Assembly (NCBI GenBank): GCA_043228905.1 | Contig: JBHGNT010000021.1 | Location: forward strand, 12,090,001 to 12,154,000 | Reading direction: 5' to 3' | Length of the DNA stretch: 64,000 nt | DNA from: Azolla caroliniana | Taxonomy: Eukaryota > Plantae > Polypodiophyta | In this document: piece by piece, positions 38,042-49,645 of the stretch | How the letters are laid out: each line of letters starts with the position of its first letter | Numbering within the stretch: the first letter of the stretch is position 1 | Notes under the pieces: model-generated | Seen by the model: the letters and a program-made list of their open reading frames with translations, nothing else | Databases searched by the model: none | Told to the model about the DNA's origin: nothing | Made by a program: the position numbers and the translations under genes

Positions 38042-41000
38042 TTGGTTCTCCGACAACGGAGGTTGTACTATAACGGCGTCAGCAGCCAGGAGAGGAAGCG
38101 AGCGGAGGAGCGACTCAAGGGATGCAGAGTCCTCTTCCCCGACGAAGACATCAGCGGCGCCGTGGAGGCGGTCTCTTTTGACGACACCTTGGGCGAACTG
38201 CGAAAGGTTATCGGTGAAGACCTTAGGGAAGACCGGACCGTTCCGGTAGGGTCAATGGGAATGTACGAAGTCATTGCGGACTTCGGGGAAAGGATCAGGT
38301 CGGATTGGGCGGCCTGCGTGGATACGAAATACAAGACTGTGGACTAGAAGGTGAGGCCAATCGCAACACCCTTGCCGGAGGGCAGCGAGGAGCGGATAAA
38401 AGGGGTCGCGTTGGACCCAAGTTTACGAAATCCGGCTGGCATAGGGCACCGGTTCACCGACATAATGCTACGGGAGGTCAAGGTCGGTGGGGGCAGCTTC
38501 CTACTGCCGGCGGAGGAGGACCAGTTTCGGAGAATGCTCGGGAGGCACGGGAAGGCTTTCGCATTCTCACCGGAGGAGATCGGGTGCGTAGACCCGACAA
38601 TTGTCGAACCGATGGTGATCTTCACGGTACCGCATGTACCTTGGAATTCTCAAGCCGATTCCGGTGCCAAGAGCTCACATCCCGAAGTTGATGGAGCTCC
38701 TAAAGCAAAAGGTGGAGATGGGCATCCTCGAACCGTCGAGTGCCCCGTATTTGAATTGGTGATTTACGGTGCCGAAGAAGAATGGCACGCTACGCTTCAT
38801 TCAGGACCTGCAACCGGTCAACAAGGTGACCATCCGTAACGCAGGAATCGGACCGACCATAGACGAGTTCGCGGAGGCCTTCGCCAGAAGGTCGATTTAC
38901 TCTGTCGATGATCTGTACTCGGGGTATGATCAGTTCCAACTAGCCGTGGAGAGCCGAGACATTATGACGATGCGGACTCCTCTCGGCCTAGTGCGGATGT
39001 GTACCCTACCACAAGGAGGGACGAACTCAGTGGCTCACATGGTGAACGCGATGAACAAGGTGCTCAGGGACTGTATCCCGGACACACCATGCCATTCTTA
39101 GACGACATCCCGATCAGGGGATGCCCGGTGGAGGAAAGGGACGAGGCAGTCGGACCGGACGGATGTCGAAATTTCACGGCGACTCACATCGATGACTGCG
39201 AGAAGGTGCTCCAGAGACTAGAAGGCGCGAGGCTCACCTTCTCTGGGGAAAAGTCGGCCTTCAGACAATCGGAGATCTTGGTGGTCAGACACTTGTGCGG
39301 GCCCTATGGTAGAAAACCGTCTCCGGCAAAGGTAGAGGCCATCTCCGCGATGAGGAACGATTGCGGGTCGGTCACGGAGGTCCGCAGATTCTTGGGGGCA
39401 TGCGCGTTCTACCACATCTGGATCCCGCACTACGCACATGTCGCGAAACCCCTCTACGGACTATTGAAAAAGGGGCGTAGCTTTGAGTGGAGGACGAAGC
39501 ACACAGAGTCGGTTCGGAGATTAAAGGAGGCGCTTGCGGCAGCGCCGACTCTCCATAAAGTAGTTTACGGCAAGGATGTTCCCATCTGCGTGACGGTGGA
39601 CACCAGCCCGACCGGGATCGGGTGGGTAATCAGTCAGGAGGACAAGGACGGCGTACAATTCCCGATCCGGTTTGGGGCGAAGGTATTGAGTGAGCGGCAG
39701 CGAGGGTATGCCCAAGTTAAGCGCGAGCTTTGGGGTGTCGTTTCGGCAGTCAAGGCCGACAAGGATTATCTGATCGGGACGAAGGTGATCATCGAGACGG
39801 ACTGCCTGCCGATACTCGCCATGGTTTCCGGATGTGCGACACCGGACCTAGCAATGCTCCGGTGGATAGCGTACATTAAGTCCCTCAACACGGAGATACG
39901 GCACATCTCCGGAAAGGACAACGCCATGGCCGACATGCTTTCGAGAGCAAGGTTCAACGACGAAGAGGGCATGGCATGGTTTCGGATGACGAAGAAGTCG
40001 GCGGGGACTTTTTCGGGTCGGCTAACGTAACGACGAGGAAAGGGAACACTCCGGCGCTTAACGAATTTGACGAAAGCAGGTATGATGGGGAGTGGCTCCA
40101 AATCAGGAGGTTCCTACGGACGATGACGCTGGACGCAGCATGGGCGAGAGAGGTGGCGAGCCGGATACGGAGGAGGGCGTACCGATTCTTCCTGCGGGAC
40201 GGGTGCATATGGAGGCACCCAAAGAAGAGTAGTGGCATCCCACTCTGAGTAGTGGCAAAGAAAGAAGAACAGGGGAAACTATTGGCGGCATTCCACGAGA
40301 GCCCATGGGCCGGACACCGCGGAACGTGGGCCACGTTCGAGAAGCTGAAGGAGAAGTACTGGTGGCTGGGGCTATACCAGGACGTGCATCAGTTCGTAAC
40401 GACTTGCGAAAGCTATCAGGTGCACTCCGTAGTCCGACACCGGGACGAGCTACACCCGACCTACCTGCCTACGGTCCATTTCAAGTGGATGGTGGACTTG
40501 GTGACGATGCCGATGGGGGTAGGACAGATGCGATACCTGGCGCTTGCCCTGGAGGACTTAACGAACCAGGTGGAAGGCCGTGCACTGCAAAGCAAGACAA
40601 CCGCGGCGGTATGCCGGTTCCTGATAGAAGAAGTAATGTGTCGGTACGAGTGCGTCGGGAGGATCGTGGCGGACCGAGGAGATCTGGATGCACGGGAAGC
40701 TGAGGAGTTGTTCGACCGGCTAGGCGTCAAACTCACCCTCACTATGGCGTATAATCCGGAGGCGAACGGAAAGGTAGAATGTGGGCACGGGCCTATCGTA
40801 AAAGCGTTGGTGCGGAGGGCAGGTCGGGAATTGGCCGCGGTTCCTTCCTTACGCACTATGGGCGGACCGAACTACACACAGTTCGGTAACAGGGTTTATG
40901 CTAGCAGAGCTGATGTACGGACAGAAGCCGATCATGTCGGTGGAACGGACAGTTTCTTCGTGGGCGGCAGTAGATTGGAAGGACGAAATGAGCCGGGAGG

Positions 41001-41422
41001 AGTTGCTAGCGGCGCGGATTCGGCAACTCGAGCGAAGGCCGGAGGACGTGATACAGGCGAAGGAAGAGCTGCGGGCAGCAAGGGAGCAGAACAAGACCCG
41101 GTTCAACCGGACGCATCGGTTACGACCAAAGAAGATCGAGGAAGGCGACTGGGTCTTGGTATACGACAGCAGCCTTGACAATCAGCACAAGGCGGTGTGA
41201 AAGTTTGCCAGGAGGTGGTTCGGGCCCTACATGGTGACGAGCACAAACGACAACGACACATACCACCTCGCGGAACTCGACGGGACACGGTTAGTGGTGC
41301 CGATCGCCGGGAAGCGTATCAAAGCGTTCAAAAAGCGGTTCGAAGACGAGCCGGAGCCTGCAAGTGGGAGCGATGACGACGATCAATTCGGGCCTGGCGG
41401 AGAATCGGAGAGCAATGAGTGA
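38042..41422 (+). pseudogene. RT-RNase H-integrase of D
   Basis: KKNGTLRFIQDLQPVN, DLYSGYDQF, LPQG.TNSV, PFLDDI, VDTSPTGIG, H..GH zinc finger, WMVDL, ADRG, YNPEANGKVE, WFGPY; frameshifts present. Confidence 0.9.
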
Positions 41423-42132
41423 GGCCGGTTTTCTTCGGTATCTACCCGTCTCTGGCGCATGCCGGTGGATGCGCGGTTTGGTGGGGGTGGATGTCGTGAA
41501 GAAAACCGGCCATAGGCGGAATCGGAGAAGAAAGCGCATGAACCGGCTCTTACACGGATGGATGCGTGACTTGATGTTTTGTACCCGATTCATAAAGGGA
41601 TCGGTGGGTGAAAAATACTAGGAGGCACACGATTAAAAGGGGGATTGTGTGTATCCTTGTCAAGGGGACAGGGAATAAAAGGGAGGAGGACAAGAGAAAA
41701 CGTATCGCGTGTTGGAAAAGGGGAAGCGCTGCTGCAGAACGGGGGCCGAGCTCTCTTTGCTACTCGAATCGTCGCTCTCTGAGGGTGTCGGGAGGTCGCT
41801 GCCTCTGCTTCGTGGACAACCCGTGTGCTTCCAGCAGAGTCGCTCCCTTTCCCCTTTTGTTTCTTGGAGCCGTGTGACTGTCGTCGGTGTGCGTGAGTAG
41901 GGCCCCGTGTCGGGTCCGTCACCGCCTTGTCGGTTGTAACTGTCAGGGATTGTAATATCTTGTCATTATAATTAAGTGTTACGATTCTATCTCTCTCTTC
42001 CTCGCTTCTACGTGTTGGTGAATCTCTTTCTCTGTCTCTCTCTCTTTCGCTCCTTGGTCCAAGACCCCCGTGGTCCCGCCCCCTTTTTTTTACACGTATG
42101 CGTGTAACAACGCGACATCTTTGGACCAAAGA

Positions 42133-42918
42133 TGTCGCGAAGTTTCGCGAGTACGTGTAGATCCTAGGCGGGACCACGGGGGTCTTGGACTAGGGAGAAG
42201 AGGAGAAAGGTTAAGACAACGAATGGAAGATTAGCTCAAGAGGAGAAGAGAACGAATATGACATTATGATACAAGAAGAAGAAGAAGATGCAATCAAGAT
42301 ACTCAACAAGAAGTTCTATTAAGAAATGAATGATTACAATAATCGTGGCCGCATAGGCTGCACCCCCCCCCCACGATATATGAAAACGTAAGCGAATTAG
42401 TAGGAAGAAGAAGAAATAAGAAAACCCTAAGCGAACCCTAACCCTAAAATGAAATGCGAAGAAGGAGGACCCTAGACTAAGTGGTATACCTCACTCACAC
42501 TCAAAATTAGGCAACCCCTTCAAATGTGACCCCTCACTCCCCTTTATAGATGTAAGGGGTGAGGCCCAATACAAGATGAGTGGTCAAATTCCCCCTTCTC
42601 CTTTTCAAAGGAGAATATTTGATCTCGATCTTGAGACCGTCAACCATAACTCTCACTCACCTAGCCGTCCTATTCAATGCCCATCACTCCTACACTCTTG
42701 TTTCTTATGTACCTCTCCCTAGTCTACAAGTGCACATCATATTTACTCTCCACGAATTCTGTGGTGCCCCTTTGGCACCTTAGATTATTACCCTTCCCTT
42801 ACATTTTGGCTATCTTATTCTTATTACACAAATATACAAGTGCATGTCCACATGATGCACACCGCTGATTTGCCCTTTCTATCCCGGTTTCACACCGTGG
42901 CCGGAAATCTTCACGACA
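42133..42918 (-). mobile_element. Isolated inverted LTR of a different Trp-lineage subfamily, fused tail-to-tail with D
   Basis: TGTCGCG...CTTCACGACA; joined to D by the palindrome TCTTTGG-A-CCAAAGA; supplies the right-hand TSD (ACGG) of the D insertion. Confidence 0.88.
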
Positions 42919-44340
42919 ACGGACTGGAATTGGTATGCCGATCCGGATCCGGACCGATCCCGTAAAGGTGCCGGTTGGCACCGTTTTTTATTTCGCACCG
43001 GAGACCTATATAAAGGCCCGGTTATAATGTAATCAGAAGCGGATAATTAATAGAGCTTATTGTCTTAATCTTCCAGTTTTGATTACCGTTCTATATTAAT
43101 TGTTATATCTTACGCGTGTTAATTATGAATTGCTAAGTAACCAATTAAGGTCTAATTAAGCGTTGTGTCGTAAGTCATTCTGCCGTACCACCCTTTGGTG
43201 AAGTGTCTTAAGTGGACACCCTGTGTTAGGCTGTTGTCCGGCCCTAGGATTAACAAGGACTCCACGTGGTTTTTCCCTTTCGGGTTTTCCACGTAAAATC
43301 TTGTGTCTCTGTACTTGTGTTTTCTGCCTTCTCATTTTTCTGTTTGTGCCGGTCTGAAGGCCTTAGTAACGGAAAGTGACATGAATTGGGGTAGAGGCTG
43401 AAATCAAAGTCTCTAGAATCGAGATAAGTCGAGGACAAGGTTGAAGTCGAGGGGAAGGCCCACATGCTTGTATTGTGGGAAGCCGGGCGACCACAATAGG
43501 TAGGTTGGGTGACTTGATTATAGATAGGTTGGGCGATCGAGGTGTCAGAGTTGGGCGATCTCTAACAACTTTTTTTATCCCGTGTTTTTTTATTATCCTA
43601 ATCGTGTGAAGAATAACGCGGAATATTGCTCGGCCACAACCGAGTCTTGAATCACAGAAATGAGAAGTAGAGAGTACAGAAAATATTTACGTGGAAAACC
43701 CTAATAGGGAAAAACCACGGGAGCCCACAGACTCCAACTATCACTATATGAGAGGAAATACAAAGTGGAGACACAAAGGCAACGACCTTGTGCTCGCGAT
43801 CTTCGTCAAACGGCGGTTACAACAGAAAGTGCTCGTAGCTACTATCTTGCTCTCTCTCTCTCTCTGTATCTATACAACATTTATCTCTACAACAATATGA
43901 CAACCCTCTCTACACATACAAAGTGATTGCCCTAAGTCATATTTATACTTATATGAACTTAGGGCTATTTACAAATATAGCCTCAATAGGCTTACTTAAA
44001 AGACATACTTACAAATATCTCTTCTCTTCCGGTTCTCACCGGGTCATCTTCATTCATAACCGGATCCCATTTGGAGGGGCCGATTTCCCAACAATCTCCC
44101 CCTTCACTCCGACATAGGGTGTCTCGTCAGCCCGATCTGCTTTCGGCATGCGTCCAACTGTCGGTTGTCAACACTTTAGTCAGCATATCTGACCCGTTCT
44201 CCTCCGTGTGGATCTTCGTCAGCACGAACTCTTGATCTTCTACTCTCTCCGGGATCCAGTGGTGCCTATGTTGGATATGTTTCGTCCAAGAATGGTAGGC
44301 CGCATTCTTTGCAAGGTGGATGACACTTTGACTGTCACGG

Positions 44341-45008
44341 TGTCACGAAGATGCACGTGCGAGCGTGCTTCGCTTGAGTGGGACCATCGGGGTCTTGGAC
44401 CAAGGAGGATGTTCGTCAAGGTATTGAGAAGAGGACGATGTGAATGTAAGATTGGAGGAAGACCTATTACAGTTGAGAAGATTGAAGATTGTACACTTGA
44501 GAAGTAGATAAATAATTACAAGATAGATGCGAAGAAGAAGAAATAGAAGCTTATATTATTGATGGTGATGAAGATGGTCATATCATATTGAGACCCCCCC
44601 CCCCTTTACACAAGCCGTACTAGGGGTTTTATAGGTTTGACCATGCACAAAACCATGGGCTTGGAGCCATGGTTTCTGTGCACATAGTTTTGCTTTGTGA
44701 CATGCAGGAAACCATGGGCTTAAAACCGTGGTTTTGTGTACACGGTTTTGTTTGTTTGTTTCCTACGGAATACTGAATATGAGAAAGAAATGTAGAACAT
44801 CTAAAGCACTTACTAGTAGCTTTAGTGGTAAGGTAATTGCCTCTTATCATAGAGGTGCAAGGTTCAAATCCTACTTGCAACCCTCCACATGCACTCAATG
44901 CCATTGTGACCTAGGTTTATTTATTTTCATTTTTACAAGTATTCGTGAAATATGTGTGGATCCTCAATTTTTGACTTTTTCTCGCACTAGACATGCCACA
45001 TCACGACA
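44341..45008 (-). mobile_element. Solo LTR K of the Trp-primed lineage in Copia F RNase H
   Basis: TGTCACG...CATCACGACA; perfect 4-bp TSD ACGG; removal restores EYWLYRDSQSVIHLAK. Confidence 0.9.
44812..44885 (+). promoter_or_regulatory. tRNA-like Pol III A/B-box cassette in LTR K
   Basis: TAGCTTTAGTGGTAAG ... GAGGTGCAAGGTTCAAATCC. Confidence 0.6.
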
Positions 45009-45560
45009 ACGGTAGAGCCAGTATTCCTCATGTTGGATCCCTAACTCTCCGATGAAGTTCTTCATCTAAATTATCTCCTTGACGCCTTCCAGAGCTGCCA
45101 TGTACTCCGCCTCCATGGTTGACAACGCAACCGTCTTCTGCAACCTCAACTGCCACAAAACAACTCCCCCTACATAAGTCATGACATATCCGGATGTAGA
45201 CCAGTTGGTATCCGCATCAGCCGACATATCCAAATCCGTGAAACCATCGAGTTGGGGTTTTTCGGAGCCAAACCGGAGGCACATACTCGAGGTGCCTTTC
45301 AGATACCAGAGTATCCACTTGACCACGTTCTAGTGCTCTCTTCCGGGATTGCTCATGAACCGGCTCACCACTCCAACTGCATATCCGATATCCGGCCAGG
45401 TACATACCATCGCGTACATCAAGCTTCCGACGGCAGAGGCATATGGAATCTTCATCATATCCATCTTCTCCACCTTTGTCCTCAGGCTTTGTTTTCCGGA
45501 TAGCTTGCAGTTTGCCGAAAGTGTCGATCCGGCCGGTTTTGCCTCCGACATGTTGAACCG

Positions 45561-45928
45561 TTGAAACACCTTTGTCACGTACTTCTCTTGTGACAACCAC
45601 AATAGCTTCTTCGACCGGTCCCGAATGATGTGCATTCCCAATATTTGTCTTGCCAGACCCAAGTCTTTCATTGAGAAGGTTCGGTTCAGAGCCTTCTTCA
45701 ACATCTGAATCTTGCCTTGGTCTCATTTGACGATCAACATATCATTGAAACACCTTTGTCACGTACTTCTCTTGTGACAACCACAACAGCTTCTTCGACT
45801 GGTCCCGAATGATGTGCATTCCCAATATTTGTCTTGCCGGACCCAAGTCTTTCATTGAGAAGGTTCGGTTCAGAGCCTTCTTCAACATCTGAATCTTGCC
45901 TTGGTCTCGTTTGATGATCAACATATCA
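45561..45928. repeat. 184-bp tandem duplication in Copia F RT (frameshifting)
   Basis: 45561-45744 is repeated at 45745-45928. Confidence 0.9.
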
Positions 45929-48538
45929 TCCACATATAGGAGAAGTATCAGGAAATCTCCTCCGTCAAATTTCTTCACAAACACACAATGATCGGCCTGC
46001 GTCTTGTGGTACCCTTGGTCGGTCATGAAGGAGTCGAACTTTTGGTACCATTGCCGGGGAGCCTGCTTCCGTCCGTATAAGCTCTTCTTCGGCCGACACA
46101 CTAGGTGCTCCTTCCCTTTCTTCTCAAATCCTTCCGGTTGATGCATGTAGATTTCTTCTTCGAGGTCGCCATGTAGGAATGCAATCTTGATGTCCAGTTG
46201 CACTACCTCGAGGTCCATGCTTACCGCTATGCCCAATACCGTCTGAATGGATGTCCTCTTTACTACCGGGGCAAAGATCTCATTGAAGTCCACTCTTTTC
46301 TTCTATTGGAAGCCCTTCACCACGATTTGGGCCTTACACCTTGGTGGATTTCCAGCATCTCCCGGTTTCAGCTTGTACACCCACTTGTTCCGGAGTGCTC
46401 TCTTCCCTTTCGGCAACTCCGTCAGTTCATATGTGTGGTTCTCATGCAAGGAATCCATCTCATCCTGCATGGCACTCAACCACTTGCAGTTGTAGGTCTC
46501 TTTGCTTCTTCAAAGCTTTCTGGCTCCCCCTCATCGGTTATCAACACATCCTCTTAATCCGGAAATCTCCGGGGGGCTCTTCTCTCTCAGAGAGGATATC
46601 TTTGTCCCTGGTTTTTTGGCCACCGGTTCCTCCGTTTGTTCCTCATCCTCATCCGATTCGGGATCTTGTCCAGTTATGGTATCTTATTCTTCTTCATCAT
46701 CTTTGGTCCGTTCGGTTTCTTGTCCGTATCCGACCGGTTTGTCACATGTCATCCTGTTACCGGTTAACATCCGGCTTTCAACCAGGTAGGTCCTTGTGTC
46801 CTCAAGTCGGTTTTCATTGGATGATCCAGAGTTCATCATCTTCTTCTCCGACTCCCAGACAACAATGATCATGTCTTCCATGAAGACTATGTCCCGACTC
46901 CATAACACCTTCTTGTTGACCAGATCTCACACCCGGTAACTGAACTCATCATCGCCGTACCCAAGGAATATGCATGGCCTGGACTTCGGATCCAGCTTTG
47001 CTTTCTTATCCTTTGCAACATGCACATATGCGAGACACCAGAACACCTTCAAATGCCGATAAGACACGTCCTTATCGGTCCATACTCTTTGTGGTGTGTC
47101 TCCGTCCAAGGGTACTGAGGGTGATTTGTTTATCACATAGGTCTTTGTCGTCAGGGCCTCAGCCCAAAACATCTTGGGTAGCTTTGCATGTGCCAGCATG
47201 CTCCGGACTCTCTCCATCACGGTTCGGTTCATCTGTTCGGCTAGCTCGTTCAATTCCGGCGTCTATGGCACGGTGAATTCAATCTGGATTCCCTTTGACC
47301 GGTAGTACTCTTTGAACTGCCCCCAGTATTCTCCTCTGTTGTCCGCTCGAACCGCCTTCAACTTCTGGCCGGTTTTGTGAAAGAATAGCGTGCGGGAAGT
47401 AGTGGAAAATCGAAAACAAAAACGCAGGTTTAATGGAGAGCTTAGAATATACACAGTACGCGGGAGAGACAAAGAGAGAGAGAGAGAGCACACAGAAACT
47501 CAATTAAAAAATATTACTTAGTCTATAACACTTTGTACATCGTATGTGTTCAGTGAACACTTTTATACAAGTCCATACGGACTGACAGAAGTACGGTGTA
47601 CTTCAATGCTCACACGAGCGTCTGACACTAACTACAAGACATTAACTACCTAGTAGTCCAGGCTGCTACTAGGCTTTCGGTTACTGATGGATCCGGCTAA
47701 CCGGCTCCCCAGATCACCAGCTCACTTGCTTACCGATCTGGCTCGTCCTTCCAGATGCCGATCCGGCTTAGGCTTATTCAACCGATCTGGATCTGGTTGA
47801 GTTTGCCGCTCAACACTCCCCCTTAAGCTCAACTTAAGGTCGGATTGTAGTGTCAGTCTCCATGGCAGCTGATCCTTCCACCTGGCTCCTTCTGGCGTCA
47901 CTCCGCCTTGCTCGCATTCCTCGTCTGGTCCAGTTCCGTTTGTTTCTGCGCACCTCGACCTCCTCCGTCAGTTTGTCTGCTCAGCAGGCCCAAATCAGCT
48001 CCCTCGCTGTTGTGACTTTGGCACTTGTCGACTCGCCGATTCCTTGGTGTTAGCGTTGACTTTTGCTGCCATCTCATCCTCTTCACCTTGAATTGATCTG
48101 GTTCTTCCGAATCTGTCTATTGAACCAAATCGGCTATCTCCGATTCATTCCAGTTCTTGTTCGAATCGGTTGCTCCTGATTCGTCTTCTAGTTCCAGGCC
48201 CTTCACCACATCGGACCATGTCCGGGTCTTGGCCTTCTTCTTCCAGTTGGCTCTATCCTCCTTGACTATGCCGCCGTTGCCGCTTGTTTCGACTTGTTCA
48301 GATGTGTTAACTTCTTTGTTGACTCGACTCCTTTCTTCTTCTTGTCTCTCCCTCTGTCCGTTCTACCCTCACTAGCGCAATCGGTAGTCTCTTTGCCTTT
48401 GCCTGTTCTGGTGTCTTTGCCCGTTCTCCCCCTCAAGTGTGGCATGTCGAGATGCTGAACACCAAGCATTTCGATGAAGTGTTGCAACTTGTCCGATCCG
48501 AGCGGTTTGGTGAAGATGTCGGCAACTAGCCGATCCGT

Positions 48539-49258
48539 TGTCGCGTTGCTACGCGCATGCGTGGAGAAGGGCGGGACCACGGGGGTCTTGGACTAAGGAG
48601 TAGAGGAGAAGGAATCAGACATGGAATGGAAGCTTTGCTCAAGAAGAAGAAGAATGAACAAGAGATTAGATCGAACAAGAGGAAGATGGAGACGAGATGA
48701 TCAACAAGATGTATTAAAACGAAATGAACGATTACAAAATGGTGGCCGCATGGGCCGCACCAAACGACTACTCGAAACCCTAACCGACGAAGATGAAGAT
48801 AAAGATAAAGAAACCCTAACCCTAACCCTAACGCTCGACCTATGTGGTATACCTCGCACACTCAAAATAGGCAACCCCCACAATGGTGCCTTCCCTCTCC
48901 TTTTATAGCACAATTAGGGAATACCGTTTACAAAAGTGAGACTAAAATATCCCCTTTCATTCAAAGGGGATATTTGCCTTGATTTGGGGAGGGTGAGATT
49001 GATGGCCCCTTAACTCTCACCTCCACACAAACAACTAGGTACCTATGTACCGCATAGTACCTCTCTCTCTCTCGCGCATGGATGTGCGCACAAGACCACA
49101 TCACCTTTATACCATAGGGATCCTATGGGGCATTTCTAGCATCATACACCTTACCCTTATTACTATTACAAATACATTATGTACGTGTGCAACGTTGCAC
49201 ATCGCTCTTTGGCTCTCGTTGCTCTGGTTTCCGCTTGTGGACGAAAATCTTCACGACA
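48539..49258 (-). mobile_element. Solo LTR L of the Trp-primed lineage in Copia G RNase H
   Basis: TGTCGCG...CTTCACGACA; TSD CCGT/CCAT; related to 42133-42918. Confidence 0.9.
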
Positions 49259-49645
49259 CCATATGAACATACTGAAGTTCGACTTCATTTCTCAGGACAC
49301 GCTCACGCATAAACTGGTAGTGCACTTCTATGTGCTTTGTGCGAGCATGGAATACAGGATTCTTGGCGAGCTACATGCTGCTTATGTTGTCGCAGTAGAT
49401 TAGGATTGGGGTCAGCACCTCGATCCGCAGGTCTTGCAGTAGTCGTCGAATCCAAATGGATTCACAAGTAGCAACGGTAGCGCCCCGATATTCAGCCTCA
49501 ATGCTCGAGAGGGCCACTATTGGCTTCTTTTTGCTGTTGCATACAACAGTTGCGCTACCAAGGGAAAACATATAGTCGGAGGTGGATTGGCAATTCAATG
49601 CATCGCCGGCCCAGTCGGCATCAGTGTAGCCAACTAGCTCTTCGG

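Larger units (their letters stand above)
35142..42117 (+). mobile_element. Element D: full-length, decayed tRNA-Trp-primed Ty3/Gypsy element
   Basis: LTRs 35142-35766 and 41492-42117 (TGTCGTG...CGCGACA); PBS TGGTGAACCCGACGTG 35771-35786 is complementary to the plant tRNA-Trp 3' end (from memory); gag, PR, RT, RH and INT present. Confidence 0.95.
22825..43255 (+). mobile_element. Element A2: full-span non-chromovirus Gypsy (tRNA-Arg-type PBS) with an extra 3' ORF; hosts H1 and D
   Basis: 5' LTR 22825-23282; PBS TGGCGACCACG at 23290; 3' LTR 35013-35141 + 42919-43255; perfect 5-bp TSD AGGAC. Confidence 0.93.
16589..43604 (+). mobile_element. LTR E (Copia-type LTR) split into three pieces (16589-16637, 22261-22824, 43256-43604) by later insertions
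   Basis: Pieces rejoin across the TSDs of J and A2; motifs TATTTGTAAATAG, TAAGTATAAATA and GGTTTTTCCC..GGGTTTTCCACGTAAA match the reverse complement of the F-family LTR; 3' end not found in the window. Confidence 0.6.
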
